Notes: generated from the sequence alone by a model not told the origin. 64,000 bases of DNA from an uncultured Geobacter sp. (GCA_903857795.1 CAIOGM010000159.1:5458-69457); one strand, 5' to 3'; positions 1 to 10,512 are shown, counted from the first letter of the stretch. Made by a program: numbers and translations.

Positions 1-1050
1 GAGCAGGTCCAGCTCTTCGATGATGGCCCGGGGGCGCATGTCGAAGACCTCCCGGACGATCTCGGCGATGCGGGCCGACGGGATCTTGCCGGTGCCGGCG
101 GTGTCCACCAGGATCGAGACCGGCTGGGCTACGCCGATGGCGTAGGCAACCTGAATCTCGCACTTTTCACAGAGGCCGGCAGCCACCAGGTTCTTGGCCA
201 CGTAGCGCCCCATGTAGGCGGCGGAGCGGTCGACCTTGGAGGGATCCTTGCCGGAGAAGGCGCCGCCGCCGTGGGCGCCATGCCCGCCGTAGCTGTCCAC
301 GATGATCTTGCGGCCGGTGAGGCCGCAGTCTCCCATGGGGCCTCCCACCACGAAGCGGCCGGTGGGGTTGATCAGATAGCGGGTCTTGTCGGTGATCATC
401 CCTGCGGGGATGATCTTCTTGACCACCTCTTCGATGATCCCCTCCTCGATCTGCTTGTGGGTGACGTCGGGGGTGTGCTGGGATGAGATGACCACGGTAT
501 CCACATAGGCGGGCTTACCGTCGATGTACTGGATGGAGACCTGGGACTTGGAGTCGGGGCGGAGGAAGTTGAGCAGGCCGCTCTTGCGGACATCGGCCAG
601 TCTCTTGACCAGCTGGTGGGAAAAGAGGATCGTCATCGGCATCAGTTCCGCCGTCTCGTTGCAGGCGTAGCCGAACATGAGCCCCTGGTCGCCGGCCCCC
701 TGCTCCTTGTACATCCCCTCTCCCTCGGTGACCCCCTGGGAGATGTCCGGGGACTGCTTGTCGATGGAGACCAGTACCGCGCAGGTCTCGCCATCGAAAC
801 CCATCTGGGAGTCGTTATAGCCGATCTCCAGAATGGTCTCGCGGACGACCTTCGGGTAGTCGATGATGGCGTTGGTGGTGATCTCCCCGGCGATGACGGC
901 CATGCCGGTGGTGACGAGGGTCTCGCAGGCGACCCGAGATTTCGGATCCTGGGTCAGGATGGCGTCAAGGATCGAATCGGAGATCTGGTCGGCGACCTTG
1001 TCGGGGTGCCCCTCGGAAACCGATTCAGAGGTGAATATGTAGTTATCCAT
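1..1050 (-). CDS. metK: S-adenosylmethionine synthetase; the C-terminal part runs off the left edge
   Basis: The reverse complement from 1050 reads [18 protein letters not shown]. Further in, the minus frame gives [37 protein letters not shown], the classic MetK signature. It is absent from the ORF track only because no stop lies inside the window. Confidence 0.9.
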   Translation of the reverse strand, partial: MDNYIFTSESVSEGHPDKVADQISDSILDAILTQDPKSRVACETLVTTGMAVIAGEITTNAIIDYPKVVRETILEIGYNDSQMGFDGETCAVLVSIDKQSPDISQGVTEGEGMYKEQGAGDQGLMFGYACNETAELMPMTILFSHQLVKRLADVRKSGLLNFLRPDSKSQVSIQYIDGKPAYVDTVVISSQHTPDVTHKQIEEGIIEEVVKKIIPAGMITDKTRYLINPTGRFVVGGPMGDCGLTGRKIIVDSYGGHGAHGGGAFSGKDPSKVDRSAAYMGRYVAKNLVAAGLCEKCEIQVAYAIGVAQPVSILVDTAGTGKIPSARIAEIVREVFDMRPRAIIEELDLL

Positions 1051-1121
1051 TTCGAGTGCGCTCACAGTGGTTGTAGCCTCCTTGGAGTGGGTAGCGTCGA
1101 GTTGCTTAAAAAAGACTGCAT

Positions 1122-1151
1122 AATCTATCCGTTCAGCCGAGGCTCTGTCAA
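1122..1151 (-). promoter_or_regulatory. Candidate sigma-70 promoter for metK (TTGACA-N18-TAGATT)
   Basis: The minus strand reads TTGACAgagcctcggctgaacggaTAGATT, about 70 nt upstream of the metK ATG. Confidence 0.35.
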
Positions 1152-1250
1152 GGGAAAAGCTGCCGTGACCCCGCCGGAGAGCCAGTGAGGGGGGATCTCT
1201 TCCCGCCGGATCCGGTGGCGGACAAACTCCGGACTGCTCCGGCATACTGC

Positions 1251-1279
1251 TTGACATTCCACGTGATATGCCCTATTAT
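1251..1279 (+). promoter_or_regulatory. Near-consensus sigma-70 promoter (TTGACA-N17-TATTAT) firing into the 350-nt non-coding gap upstream of the cyclo-ligase gene
   Basis: TTGACA lies at 1251-1256 and TATTAT at 1274-1279, with an exact 17-nt spacer. Confidence 0.5.
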
Positions 1280-1285
1280 TCGGTC

Positions 1286-1480
1286 CTTTACTGTACTGGT
1301 TATCCGTCGTCGGGGTCGAGCCGCAGTTGACCGTTTTGCCCCGTGACTTTTTTTCATAGAACGTCGCTTGTGTCGGGCGGTTACGACCGCGAGAGGTGGA
1401 GGATGAACGACGCCACCCGGGTTTCCTGCTGGTTCAGCAGATAGGTATATATCCTTATTTACCAGGGGTTTCGAGTCTTA
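1286..1480 (+). ncRNA. Candidate structured small RNA, possibly 6S/ssrS-like; the extent is uncertain
   Basis: It lies between a strong promoter and a 5-formyl-THF cyclo-ligase gene, the conserved ssrS-ygfA arrangement. There is long-range pairing of GGTCGAGCCGC (1313-1323) with GCGGTTACGACC (1377-1388), a local hairpin CTGCTG-gtt-CAGCAG (1426-1440), and a T7 run at 1349-1355. I could not fold a convincing 6S closing stem by eye. Confidence 0.25.
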
Positions 1481-1628
1481 TTCGCATAGCTGTCAACGGA
1501 TATACGACTCTTTCATATCAATCTGACCGTCCCTAGAACCATCCTCGCGTTTCCCGCCTGAAACAGCCGCGGGCCGATACCGGCCTGTCATTTCATGTTT
1601 TTCCTTTTATGTCCAAGGCAGGTTCCTC

Positions 1629-2207
1629 ATGCCCAAGAAGAGTCTCCGCCGTACCCTGCGTGAGCGGCGCTCCGCGCTCTCCACCGAAGAGTGGCGTTCG
1701 CTGAGCGGCTCCGTTCAGCAGCGCTTTCTCCGGTCAGGGCTCTTTGCCACTGCCGCGGTCATCGCCCTCTACGCCCCGGTGAACCGTGAGGTCGATACCT
1801 CCATGGTCATGACCGAGGCCCTCTCTGCGGGGAAGACACTCCTCTTCCCCGTGGTGAGCGGGGGGGGGCTGCTGTTCCGGGAGATCAGAGGGGAATCCGA
1901 CCTGGTGACCGGGGCGTTCGGCATCGCCGAACCGGGGAGCGGCTGCCCGGTTCGGTTGCCCGGTGAGGCCGACTGCATCGTCGTGCCGGGGGTCGCCTTC
2001 GACCTGAGCGGGAGACGGATCGGCTATGGCAAGGGGTATTACGACCGGACCCTGCATGCTCTGGAAGGGTCCGGGCGGCTGGTCGGTTTCGGGTTTGATT
2101 TTCAACTGGTCGAAGAGATAGCGGGTGAGCCCCACGACGTGGCTCTCGATCTGATCATAACCGAGCGGCGGTTCCTGCCGGTTCGGTCACCATACAAAAG
2201 GGGGTAG
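1629..2207 (+). CDS. 5-formyltetrahydrofolate cyclo-ligase
   Basis: 192 aa. The N-terminus [16 protein letters not shown], the motif [22 protein letters not shown] and the size are typical of the MTHFS/YgfA family. Confidence 0.85.
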   Translation: MPKKSLRRTLRERRSALSTEEWRSLSGSVQQRFLRSGLFATAAVIALYAPVNREVDTSMVMTEALSAGKTLLFPVVSGGGLLFREIRGESDLVTGAFGIAEPGSGCPVRLPGEADCIVVPGVAFDLSGRRIGYGKGYYDRTLHALEGSGRLVGFGFDFQLVEEIAGEPHDVALDLIITERRFLPVRSPYKRG

Positions 2208-2212
2208 GTACA

Positions 2213-3781
2213 GTGAAGCTTGACATCATGGTTGTCGTGTTCCTCATCGCGTTTGCCGGCGGAATCGGCTATTTCATCGGGAACCTGTTGAGAAAAAAGT
2301 ATTCGGATTCACTCACGGCGCGAGCCGAGGAGCTTGCCGAGAAGATCGTTGAGGACGCCAAGCGCCAGGCGGAGACCGTCGCCAAAGAGGCGACCCTGCT
2401 GGCCAAGGATGTGGTCTATCAGGCCAAGGCCGATTTCGAGCGGGAAAGCAAGGAGCTGCGGGCCGACCTGCAGGTCCTGGAGAAGCGGCTCCAGCAGAAG
2501 GACGAGCACCTGGAAAACAAGATGAACCTCTTCGATCAGCGGGATGCAGAGCTGGTGAAGAAGGAGCAGTCGCTCATCGCCCGGGAACAGGGGGTGGTGA
2601 CCAAGGAGCAGAGGGCTGAGGAGCTGGTGGAGCAGGCGCGACTGAAGCTGGAGGAGGTCTCCGGGCTGACCGCTCACGAGGCCAAACAGATCCTCATGGA
2701 CAATATGCTGAACGAGGCCAAGTTCGATGCCGCCAAGCGGATCCGGGTCATAGAAGAGGAGGCACGGGAGACGGCGGACAAGAAATCCAAGGAGATCATG
2801 GCCCTGGCGATTCAGCGGTATGCCGGCGAGTATGTGGCGGAACGGACCGTCTCCGTGGTGGCGCTCCCCTCCGATGAGATGAAGGGGCGGATCATCGGCC
2901 GGGAAGGGCGCAACATCCGGGCGCTGGAGGCAGCCACCGGGATCGACCTCATCATCGACGATACCCCCGAAGCGGTGATCCTCTCGGGCTTCAACCCGGT
3001 GCGGCGCGAGGTGGCGAAACTCTCCCTGGAGAAGCTCATCGCCGACGGCCGGATTCACCCGGGGAGGATCGAGGAGGTGGTGGCCAAGGCCACCGAAGAG
3101 GTGGAGCAGGCGATCAAGGAGGCGGGCGAGCAGGCCGCCTTCGATCTGGGGGTTCACGGCATCCATCCGGAGATTCTCAAGCTCATCGGCCGGCTCCGCT
3201 ACCGGACCTCCTACAGCCAGAACGTCTACCAGCACTCCCTGGAGGTGGCCTTCATCTGCGGGATCATGGCCGCCGAGCTGGGGATCAACGTCAAGCAGGC
3301 CAAGCGGGCCGGCCTGCTCCACGACCTGGGGAAGGCGGTGGACCACGAGGTGGAGGGGTCACACGCGGTCATCGGCGCGGACATCGCCCGCAAGTACGGC
3401 GAATCGCCCAAGATCATCCACGCCATCATGGCTCACCACGAGGACGAGAAGCCGGCCACCGTGCTGGCGGTGTTGGTCCAGGCCGCTGACGCCCTCTCCG
3501 GCGCCCGCCCCGGCGCCCGGCGCGAGATGATGGAGACCTATGTCAAGCGGTTGGAAGATCTGGAGCGGATCGCCACTTCCTTCGGCGGCGTCACCAACTC
3601 CTTCGCCATCCAGGCGGGCCGGGAGATTCGGGTCATGGTCTCCAGCGAAGATGTGAGCGATGAGCGGACCCTGATTCTTGCCAAGGATATCGCCAAGAAG
3701 ATCGAGGCGGAGATGACCTACCCGGGCCAGATCAAGGTCCATGTCATCAGGGAGACCAGGGCAGTGGATTATGCCCGTTAG
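2213..3781 (+). CDS. rny: Ribonuclease Y
   Basis: 522 aa with an N-terminal TM helix and a long Lys/Glu coiled coil. The KH region reads [15 protein letters not shown] and the HD domain reads [12 protein letters not shown]. Confidence 0.93.
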   Translation: MKLDIMVVVFLIAFAGGIGYFIGNLLRKKYSDSLTARAEELAEKIVEDAKRQAETVAKEATLLAKDVVYQAKADFERESKELRADLQVLEKRLQQKDEHLENKMNLFDQRDAELVKKEQSLIAREQGVVTKEQRAEELVEQARLKLEEVSGLTAHEAKQILMDNMLNEAKFDAAKRIRVIEEEARETADKKSKEIMALAIQRYAGEYVAERTVSVVALPSDEMKGRIIGREGRNIRALEAATGIDLIIDDTPEAVILSGFNPVRREVAKLSLEKLIADGRIHPGRIEEVVAKATEEVEQAIKEAGEQAAFDLGVHGIHPEILKLIGRLRYRTSYSQNVYQHSLEVAFICGIMAAELGINVKQAKRAGLLHDLGKAVDHEVEGSHAVIGADIARKYGESPKIIHAIMAHHEDEKPATVLAVLVQAADALSGARPGARREMMETYVKRLEDLERIATSFGGVTNSFAIQAGREIRVMVSSEDVSDERTLILAKDIAKKIEAEMTYPGQIKVHVIRETRAVDYAR

Positions 3782-4559
3782 ACTCCTCTTTGTCGGGGAT
3801 CTGGTGGGGAAGCCGGGGCGCCAGGCGCTCTCCCGGGAGCTGCACCGCCTGGTGGACCGCTATGCCGCGGATCTGGTCATCGCCAACGGCGAGAACATGG
3901 CCGGCGGGTTCGGCATCACCGAGGAGACCGCCCGGGAGCTGTTCGAGATGGGGGTCCATGTGATCACCAGCGGCAACCACATCTGGGACAAGCGGGAGTC
4001 GTACCCCTACCTCAACCGGGAGGCGCGGATCATCCGTCCGGCCAACTACCCGGAGGGGGCGCCGGCCCGGGGGAGCATCGTGGTCAAGAGCCCCGGAGGG
4101 GTGAAGGTGGGGGTGCTCAACCTGGAGGGGCGGGTCTTCATGAACAACCTGGAGTGCCCCTTCCTGACCGCGGACCGGGAGATCGCCCGCCTCAGGGAGG
4201 AGACCCCCCTCATCTTCGTGGACTTCCATGCGGAGGCCACCTCGGAAAAGGCGTCGCTGGGGTGGTACCTGGATGGCCGGGTGAGCGCGGTGATCGGCAC
4301 CCATACCCATGTCCAGACCGCGGACGAACGGATTCTCACCAACGGCACCGCCTTCATGACTGATGCGGGGATGACCGGCAGCTTCGACTCGGTGATCGGG
4401 GTGAGGAAAGAAGAGCCGATCCAGAAGTTTCTGACCCAGCTCCCGGCCAAGTTCGAGGTGGCCAAGAAGGATCTCCGGCTCAACGGGGTGGTGGTCACCC
4501 TGGAGGAGGGCACGGGGCGGGCGCTGGGGATCGAGCGGATAAATGTGCCTTGCGGGTGA
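3771..4559 (+). CDS. ymdB: YmdB-type metallophosphoesterase (TIGR00282 family)
   Basis: An ATG at 3771 gives [17 protein letters not shown]. It also has [11 protein letters not shown] and [14 protein letters not shown], and the rny-ymdB pairing is conserved. The track start at 3741 overlaps the rny end and is less likely. Confidence 0.88.
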   Translation: MPVRLLFVGDLVGKPGRQALSRELHRLVDRYAADLVIANGENMAGGFGITEETARELFEMGVHVITSGNHIWDKRESYPYLNREARIIRPANYPEGAPARGSIVVKSPGGVKVGVLNLEGRVFMNNLECPFLTADREIARLREETPLIFVDFHAEATSEKASLGWYLDGRVSAVIGTHTHVQTADERILTNGTAFMTDAGMTGSFDSVIGVRKEEPIQKFLTQLPAKFEVAKKDLRLNGVVVTLEEGTGRALGIERINVPCG

Positions 4560-4618
4560 ATTAGCTTGATCGGTCGGATCAGTCGGATCGGTCTGATTTG
4601 ACTTTTAGGAGAAGTGCA

Positions 4619-5827
4619 ATGACTGTCGCCGAGCAGATGGAGATCATCAAACGGGGGAGTGTGGAGATCCTGGTGGAGAAGGAGCTCCTGGAGAAGCTGG
4701 AGAAATCCGCCGCCAACGGGGTTCCCCTGGTCATCAAGGCCGGGTTCGATCCCACGGCGCCGGATCTGCACCTGGGGCATACGGTGCTGATCCAGAAGCT
4801 GCGGCAGTTCCAGCAGCTGGGGCACCAGGTCAATTTCCTCATCGGTGATTTCACCGGGATGATCGGCGACCCCACCGGCAAGTCCGAGACCCGCAAGGCA
4901 TTGACCCGTGAGGATGTCTTGAGGAACGCCGAGACCTACAAGGAGCAGGTCTTCAAGATCCTCGACCCGGAGAAGACCAAGGTGGTCTTCAACTCCCAGT
5001 GGCTCCTCCCCCTCACCGCCTCGGAGCTGATCGGGCTTGCCTCCAAGTACACCGTGGCCCGGATGTTGGAGCGGGAGGATTTCAGCAACCGCTTCGCCAA
5101 CCAGCTTCCCATCAGTATCCACGAATTTCTCTATCCGCTCATCCAGGGGTACGACTCGGTGGCCCTGAAGGCCGACGTGGAGTTGGGGGGGACCGACCAG
5201 AAGTTCAACCTCCTGGTAGGGCGGGAGCTCCAGCGGGAGTGGGGGCAGCCCCCCCAGTCGGTCATCACCATGCCGCTTCTGGAGGGGCTCGACGGCGTCA
5301 ACAAGATGTCCAAGTCCCTGGGGAACTATATCGGCATCAACGAGCCGGCAGAGCAGATCTTCGGCAAGATCATGTCCATCTCCGATGACCTGATGCTCCG
5401 TTACTACGAACTCCTGAGCGACCTCTCCCTGGAGCGGTTCGCCGCGCTGAAGAGCGACCTCAAGGAGCGGCGGCTCCACCCCATGGAGGCCAAGAAACAG
5501 CTGGGACGGGAGATGGTGACCCGGTTCCACGGTACTGCCGCGGCCGAGGGGGCGCAAGAGGCGTTTGTCCGGCGATTTCGGGACAATCAGGCCCCCGACG
5601 AGATGCCGGAAGTGGCGGTGACCATGGAGGGGGAGAAGATCCTCCTCAGCCGGCTCCTGGCCCAGGCCGGGCTCGTCTCCTCCAACGGTGAAGGGCGCCG
5701 CTCCATCCAGGGGAACGGGGTGAAGATCGACGGGGAAAAGGTCTCCGACGAGAGCCTCGAACTCGCCGCCGGCGCCTACGTGATCCAGGTGGGGAAGCGG
5801 CGTTTCGCCCGGATCACTGTTTCCTGA
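4619..5827 (+). CDS. tyrS: Tyrosine--tRNA ligase
   Basis: It carries the class I motifs HLGH (PDLHLGHTV) and KMSKS, plus a C-terminal S4-like domain. An AGGAGA RBS at 4606-4611 favours the ATG at 4619 over the track start at 4598. Confidence 0.93.
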   Translation: MTVAEQMEIIKRGSVEILVEKELLEKLEKSAANGVPLVIKAGFDPTAPDLHLGHTVLIQKLRQFQQLGHQVNFLIGDFTGMIGDPTGKSETRKALTREDVLRNAETYKEQVFKILDPEKTKVVFNSQWLLPLTASELIGLASKYTVARMLEREDFSNRFANQLPISIHEFLYPLIQGYDSVALKADVELGGTDQKFNLLVGRELQREWGQPPQSVITMPLLEGLDGVNKMSKSLGNYIGINEPAEQIFGKIMSISDDLMLRYYELLSDLSLERFAALKSDLKERRLHPMEAKKQLGREMVTRFHGTAAAEGAQEAFVRRFRDNQAPDEMPEVAVTMEGEKILLSRLLAQAGLVSSNGEGRRSIQGNGVKIDGEKVSDESLELAAGAYVIQVGKRRFARITVS

Positions 5828-5842
5828 GGAAACGATCACGAG

Positions 5843-5863
5843 TTACGAATTACGAATTACGAT
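5843..5863. repeat. 7-bp tandem repeat TTACGAA x3 (last copy TTACGAT) between the tyrS stop and the miaA P-loop
   Basis: Read directly: TTACGAATTACGAATTACGAT. Confidence 0.9.
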
Positions 5864-6802
5864 CCCCCGGTCCCTGCTTTACCGAAGATCGTTGTCATCC
5901 AGGGCCCCACCGCCACCGGCAAAAGCGAGCTGGCGGTGCGACTCGCCGAGGAGTTCAACGGCGAGATCGTCGGCGCCGATTCGCTGCAGCTCTACCAGGG
6001 GCTGGTCATCGGCTCGGCCGCTCCGGGAGCGGAACTCCTGGGGCGGGTTCCTCACCACCTCATCGGGATCGTGCCGCCGGACGCAACCTTCACGGCGGCC
6101 GACTATGCGCGAGAGGCAGGGGAAGCCATCGGCGGGATCCTGGCGCGGGGGAGGACCCCCTTCGTCGTCGGCGGGAGCGGCCTCTATATCCGGGCGCTGC
6201 TGGGGGGACTCATCGCGGCGCCGGCCGGGGATCAGCTGCTCCGTCAGGAGCTTAATCTCCGGGCCGAGGGGGAGGGGAGCACGCTGCTCCTGGAAGAGCT
6301 GGCGCGACTCGACCCCGAGAGCGCGGCACGGCTCCACCCCAACGACCGGTTCCGGATCGTCCGGGCCCTGGAGGTCTGCCTGACCACCGGCGCCCCGTTT
6401 TCCCGGCTGGCCGGCGAGCACGGATTCCGGGACGCCCGCTATGATCTGCTCAAGATCGGGCTGACCCGGGAGCGGGCCGAACTCTACCGGCGGGTGGAGG
6501 AGCGGGTGGAGCGGATGCTTGCCGAAGGGCTCGTGGATGAGGTCCGGGGGCTCCTGGCCCGGGGGTTCTCGCCGGAGCTCAAGAGCTTGCGCGCCATCGG
6601 CTACAAGGAGATCTGCCGCTATCTGGCGGGTGAGATTGCGCTGGATGAGGCAAAGCGTTTGATCAAGCGTGATACCCGTCACTACCTCAAACGCCAGCTG
6701 ACCTGGTTTTTTCGGGACTCTGCAACGAAATGGTTTGAATATCCTGAAAATTTTGCTAGTATCGTTCAGTCACTCCAGGGGTTCATCACCCTGCCGCCGT
6801 AG
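5849..6802 (+). CDS. miaA: tRNA dimethylallyltransferase; start codon uncertain
   Basis: It has [20 protein letters not shown] and the conserved miaA-hfq synteny. The P-loop [14 protein letters not shown] is encoded at 5885-5926, upstream of the first canonical start (GTG 5936). There is no in-frame ATG, GTG or TTG between the TGA at 5825 and 5936, so 5849 (ATT) is only a placeholder. Confidence 0.8.
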   Translation: MTNYDPPVPALPKIVVIQGPTATGKSELAVRLAEEFNGEIVGADSLQLYQGLVIGSAAPGAELLGRVPHHLIGIVPPDATFTAADYAREAGEAIGGILARGRTPFVVGGSGLYIRALLGGLIAAPAGDQLLRQELNLRAEGEGSTLLLEELARLDPESAARLHPNDRFRIVRALEVCLTTGAPFSRLAGEHGFRDARYDLLKIGLTRERAELYRRVEERVERMLAEGLVDEVRGLLARGFSPELKSLRAIGYKEICRYLAGEIALDEAKRLIKRDTRHYLKRQLTWFFRDSATKWFEYPENFASIVQSLQGFITLPP

Positions 6803-6864
6803 GCGGGGAGGTTCGACCGCTACCGCATTCTATTCGGACCATTCTTTTATTCAAGGAGAGGGCA

Positions 6865-7089
6865 ATGGCGAAAGCACCGTTCAACATCCAGGACCAGTTT
6901 CTCAATCAGTCCCGTAAAGAGCATATACGAGTCACCATGAAGTTGATGTCCGGAGAGAAACTTGAGGGGTTCATCAAGTCCTTCGACAACTTCTCGGTGC
7001 TGATGGAGGTCAGCGGCGACATCCTGATCTACAAACACGCCATCGCCTCCCTCACCTCAGTGGACGGCGCCTTCCGTCTTCATCCGTAA
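6865..7089 (+). CDS. hfq: RNA chaperone Hfq
   Basis: 74 aa. The sequence [40 protein letters not shown] is the Sm1/Sm2 core, preceded by an AAGGAGAGGG RBS. Confidence 0.95.
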   Translation: MAKAPFNIQDQFLNQSRKEHIRVTMKLMSGEKLEGFIKSFDNFSVLMEVSGDILIYKHAIASLTSVDGAFRLHP

Positions 7090-7103
7090 CCGGATCAACC
7101 GCC

Positions 7104-7150
7104 GACGGCAGGGCGCCGCTCTCTTCCCGCGCGCCCTGTCGTCGTTTTGT
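7104..7150 (+). terminator. Rho-independent terminator after hfq
   Basis: A 13-bp stem pairs GACGGCAGGGCGC with GCGCCCTGTCGTC (one G-U pair) and is followed by GTTTTGT. Confidence 0.7.
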
Positions 7151-7286
7151 CTCATCCGCTGCTCCCTCCTGCCCCGTTACCGCCCAGGCGGCATACTTCA
7201 ACTCCCCTTTGGTATTTCATGACCCTCTCCCCTAGCTGCCGGCCCGAGCCCCGCGTCCCGTTCACCCTTTTGTCCACGGTGCTGCC

Positions 7287-8600
7287 GTGAAGGGGGGGCT
7301 GCTCATCGTCGAGCTCCATCCCGACAGCCTGGCCCAGGAGCTGGAACTGGAGCCGGGGGACCGGCTCATGGCCATCAACGGCGCGCCGCTCCGGGACCTG
7401 ATCGACTACGAGTTCCATCTGGCCGACGATCCCCTCCTCCTGGAGCTCCTGCGGCGCTCCGGTGAGATCTGGGAGATCGAGGTGGAGCGGGACGAAGGGG
7501 AGCCGCTGGGGATCGTCCTGGCTCCGCCCAAGCCCAAGCGGTGCGGCAACAACTGCATCTTCTGCTTCGTTCACCAGCTCCCCAAAGGGCTGCGCCGGCC
7601 GCTCTACGTCAAGGACGAGGATTACCGGCTCTCGTTTCTCTACGGCACCTACATCACCCTCACTAATTTGACCAAGAGGGAGCTGGCGCGGATTATTGAG
7701 CAGCGGCTCTCCCCCCTCTATATCTCGGTCCACGCCACCGATCAGCTGGTGCGGGAACGGCTCCTGGGGAGGGAGGGGATTCCTCCGCTCCTGGAGCTGC
7801 TGCGGCAGTTGACCGGGGCGGGGATCGTTCTCCACACCCAGGTGGTGCTCTGTCCCGGCATCAACGATGGTGAGCTCTTCAGCCGGACGGTGGCCGACCT
7901 GGCCGGACTCTACCCCGGGGTGGCCTCCCTGGCGGTGGTGCCGTTGGGACTGACCAGCCACCGTGAGCGGCTCCCCGAGCTGCAGCCGGTGACTCCCCAC
8001 TATGCCGGCGCCTTTGTCGAGGAGTGGCAGCCCCGGGCCGAGAGTCTGGCCCTGTCTCTGGGAGAGCCGTTCCTCTTTCTGGCTGACGAGCTCTTCATCA
8101 GGGGGGAGCTCCCCTTTCCTCCGGTGGAGAGCTACGGCGATTTCCCGCAGCTGGAGAACGGGGTGGGGATGGTCCCGCTCTTCCTGGAGGAGGCGCTGGA
8201 GGTTCTCGCCGAGGCGCTCCCGCTCCCCCCGTTGCGGGTGACGGTGGTTACTGGTCTCTCCGCCTATCCCTATCTCCTTGATTTTTCATCAAAGCTGGCG
8301 GCGCTCACCGGGGTGGAGATCCGGGTCGCTCCGGTCCCCAACCGGCTCTTCGGTCCACCGGTCACCGTCACCGGACTCGTCGGGGGGAAGGATATCATCG
8401 CCCTGCTTGGGGGTGAGGCGCCGGTAGGGTGTCTGGTGATCCCCGACGTGATGCTCAAGGAGGGGGAGTGGTTCATCGACGATGTGACGGTGGCGGAGCT
8501 GGCCGCGGCCCTGGGGTGCGAACCGCTGGTGGTCCCGGCGACGCCGTGGGGGCTCTACGAAGCGCTCAAGGCGCGCGCCGCGGAGATAAGGCCGATATGA
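7287..8600 (+). CDS. PDZ plus radical-SAM-like DUF512 protein (TIGR03279-type)
   Basis: 437 aa. It has an N-terminal PDZ-like segment (GDRLMAINGAPLRD), a Cys triad CGNNCIFCF, and a DUF512-like C-terminal half. Confidence 0.75.
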   Translation: MKGGLLIVELHPDSLAQELELEPGDRLMAINGAPLRDLIDYEFHLADDPLLLELLRRSGEIWEIEVERDEGEPLGIVLAPPKPKRCGNNCIFCFVHQLPKGLRRPLYVKDEDYRLSFLYGTYITLTNLTKRELARIIEQRLSPLYISVHATDQLVRERLLGREGIPPLLELLRQLTGAGIVLHTQVVLCPGINDGELFSRTVADLAGLYPGVASLAVVPLGLTSHRERLPELQPVTPHYAGAFVEEWQPRAESLALSLGEPFLFLADELFIRGELPFPPVESYGDFPQLENGVGMVPLFLEEALEVLAEALPLPPLRVTVVTGLSAYPYLLDFSSKLAALTGVEIRVAPVPNRLFGPPVTVTGLVGGKDIIALLGGEAPVGCLVIPDVMLKEGEWFIDDVTVAELAAALGCEPLVVPATPWGLYEALKARAAEIRPI

Positions 8601-9631
8601 AGAAGGTGAGGCGTCTTCCCGCCGAATGGGAAGAGCAGGATGGGGTGCTGCTGGCGTGGCCCCACGCCCATAGCGACTGGGCTCCCTGGCTGGAGCTGGT
8701 GGAGCCGCTCTTTTGTGAACTGGTCCGGGAGATCAGCCGGGAGGGGGTGGCGCTGGTGATCGGTCCCGATCCGGAGCGGATCCGGCGGGAGCTGGGAGGC
8801 GCCGGCATCGACCCGAGCCGGCTCCGGATTCAGGAGCTGCCGACCAATGACAGCTGGTCCCGGGATTTCGGCCCGATCACCGTGGAGGAGGGGGGCAAGC
8901 CGCTCCTCCTGGATTTCGGCTTCAACGGCTGGGGGCTCAAGTTCAAGGCCGACCATGACAACCGGATCAACCGCCGGCTCTGGACGTCCGGCGTCTTCGG
9001 TTCCGTCCGGATGGAGACCAGAGGGCTCATCCTGGAAGGGGGGAGCATCGAGAGCGACGGCCGGGGGACCATCCTGACCACCAGCGACTGCCTCCTCAAC
9101 GCCAACCGGAACCCGCACCTCACGAAGAGAGAGCTGGAGCTGCTGCTGGGGGAAGAGTTTGGGGCCGACCGGTTCCTCTGGCTGGAGCACGGCGCACTTG
9201 CCGGTGACGACACCGACTCCCATGTGGATACCCTGGCCCGCCTCTGCCCTGATGACACCATCATCCATGTGGGGTGTGACGACCCGAAAGACGAGCATTT
9301 TGCGGAGCTGGGGCTCATGGCCCGGGAGCTGGAGCGGTTTCGCACCCGGGAGGGGAGGCCGTACCGGCTCCTGGCGCTCCCCTGGCCCGGCGCCCGGTAC
9401 GACGACCAGGGGGAGCGGCTCCCGGCCACCTACGCCAACTTCCTGGTGATCAACAATGCCGTGCTGGTCCCCACCTACCGGGACCGAAATGACGGAGCGG
9501 CCCTGGAGCTGATCTCTTGCGCCTTCCCCGGCCGGCGGATCGTGGGGATCGACTCTCTGCCGCTCATCCTGCAGCACGGGTCACTCCACTGTGTCACCAT
9601 GCAGCTCCTGAAAGGAGTCCTCTTCCCATGA
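8597..9631 (+). CDS. aguA: Agmatine deiminase
   Basis: The ATG at 8597 forms an ATGA overlap with the upstream stop. Motifs are LPAEWEEQDGVLLAWPH, SWSRDFGP and a C-terminal GSLHCVTMQ with the catalytic Cys. Confidence 0.88.
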   Translation: MKKVRRLPAEWEEQDGVLLAWPHAHSDWAPWLELVEPLFCELVREISREGVALVIGPDPERIRRELGGAGIDPSRLRIQELPTNDSWSRDFGPITVEEGGKPLLLDFGFNGWGLKFKADHDNRINRRLWTSGVFGSVRMETRGLILEGGSIESDGRGTILTTSDCLLNANRNPHLTKRELELLLGEEFGADRFLWLEHGALAGDDTDSHVDTLARLCPDDTIIHVGCDDPKDEHFAELGLMARELERFRTREGRPYRLLALPWPGARYDDQGERLPATYANFLVINNAVLVPTYRDRNDGAALELISCAFPGRRIVGIDSLPLILQHGSLHCVTMQLLKGVLFP

Positions 9632-10512
9632 ACAGCCTGACGGTCGCCCTGGTCCAGCACCCCTGCGATGGCAGCCGGGAGAAAAATATTGCCGCCTCCC
9701 TGGCGGGAATCCGTAAGGGAGCGGCCCTGGGGGCGAAGCTGGTGGTGCTCCCGGAGCTCCACACCGGCCACTACTTCCCCCAGAACGAGGAGACCGCCCA
9801 TTTCGACCTGGCCGAGCCGATCCCCGGTCCCTCCACCGAACTTTTCTCCGCGGTGGCCAGGGAGTGCGGGGTGGTGCTGGTCACCTCGCTCTTCGAGCGG
9901 CGGGCTGCGGGGCTCTATCACAACAGCTCGGTGGTCTTCGAGAAGGACGGCGGCGTGGCCGGCGTCTACCGGAAGATGCACATCCCCGATGATCCCGCAT
10001 TTTACGAGAAGTTCTACTTCACCCCCGGCGACCTGGGGTTTAACCCGATCCAGACCTCCGTGGGGCGGCTGGGGGTTCTCGTCTGCTGGGACCAGTGGTT
10101 TCCCGAGGCGGCCCGGCTCATGGCCCTGGCCGGGGCGGAGCTGCTCATCTACCCCACGGCCATCGGCTGGGATCCCCGGGATGACGTCGACGAACAGGAG
10201 CGGCAGCTGGACGCCTGGGTGACGGTGCAGCGGGGGCACGCCGTGGCCAACGCGCTTCCGGTCATCGCCGTCAACCGGGTTGGTCTCGAGGCTGATCCGG
10301 CGGAGATCGGGCCGGGAATCCGGTTCTGGGGGAACAGCTTCGTGGCGGGGTGTCAGGGGGAGTTTCTCGCCCAGGCGGGGCGAGAGCGGGAGGAGCTGCT
10401 GCTGGTGGAGCTGGACCTCCGTCGGGGGGAGGCGGTCCGGCGGGTCTGGCCGTTCCTGCGCGACCGCCGGATCGACGCCTACGGCGATCTCCTCAGGAGG
10501 TACCGGGAGTGA
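9628..10512 (+). CDS. aguB: N-carbamoylputrescine amidase (CN-hydrolase)
   Basis: The ATG at 9628 overlaps the aguA stop (ATGA). Motifs are VALVQ, LPELHTGHYF and VLVCWDQWFPEAAR with the nitrilase-type catalytic Cys. Confidence 0.88.
   Translation: MNSLTVALVQHPCDGSREKNIAASLAGIRKGAALGAKLVVLPELHTGHYFPQNEETAHFDLAEPIPGPSTELFSAVARECGVVLVTSLFERRAAGLYHNSSVVFEKDGGVAGVYRKMHIPDDPAFYEKFYFTPGDLGFNPIQTSVGRLGVLVCWDQWFPEAARLMALAGAELLIYPTAIGWDPRDDVDEQERQLDAWVTVQRGHAVANALPVIAVNRVGLEADPAEIGPGIRFWGNSFVAGCQGEFLAQAGREREELLLVELDLRRGEAVRRVWPFLRDRRIDAYGDLLRRYRE

Noticed and set aside
1051-1250. Possible SAM riboswitch in the metK leader (GC-rich repeats ccggcggg x2 and a ccggatccgg palindrome)
   Set aside because: I could not align it to the SAM-I core or to any other SAM or SAH class I know. 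The best promoter candidate lies downstream of these elements, which would exclude them from the transcript. It needs cmsearch to settle.
1381-1420. GAGAGGTGGAGGA on the plus strand resembles part of the SAM-I riboswitch core
   Set aside because: It is only a short partial match, the remaining conserved helices are absent, and the downstream gene (cyclo-ligase) is not a SAM-regulated type.
4560-4618. Repeated GGATC(G/A)GTC units (GATC-rich) upstream of tyrS; I considered a T-box or another leader
   Set aside because: The intergenic region is only ~60 nt, far too short for a T-box. I note it as a short repeat with several GATC sites and no supportable function.
4046-5839. A 597-aa minus-strand ORF, plus similar long ORFs at 2309-3346(-), 5879-6682(-), 8555-9577(-), 9475-10554(-), 17566-20256(+), 25232-26935(+), 27325-28941(+), 48570-50396(-), 54500-55558(-), 57901-59079(-), 59491-60591(-), 61349-63013(-) and 63309-63944(-)
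   Set aside because: Each lies antisense to a gene with unambiguous family motifs (tyrS, rny, miaA, aguA/B, kinases, feoB, glnA, hrpB, corA). Their translations are Arg/Pro/Gly/Leu-rich low-complexity sequence with no recognisable domain. This is the usual stop-codon-poor shadow frame of high-GC DNA.
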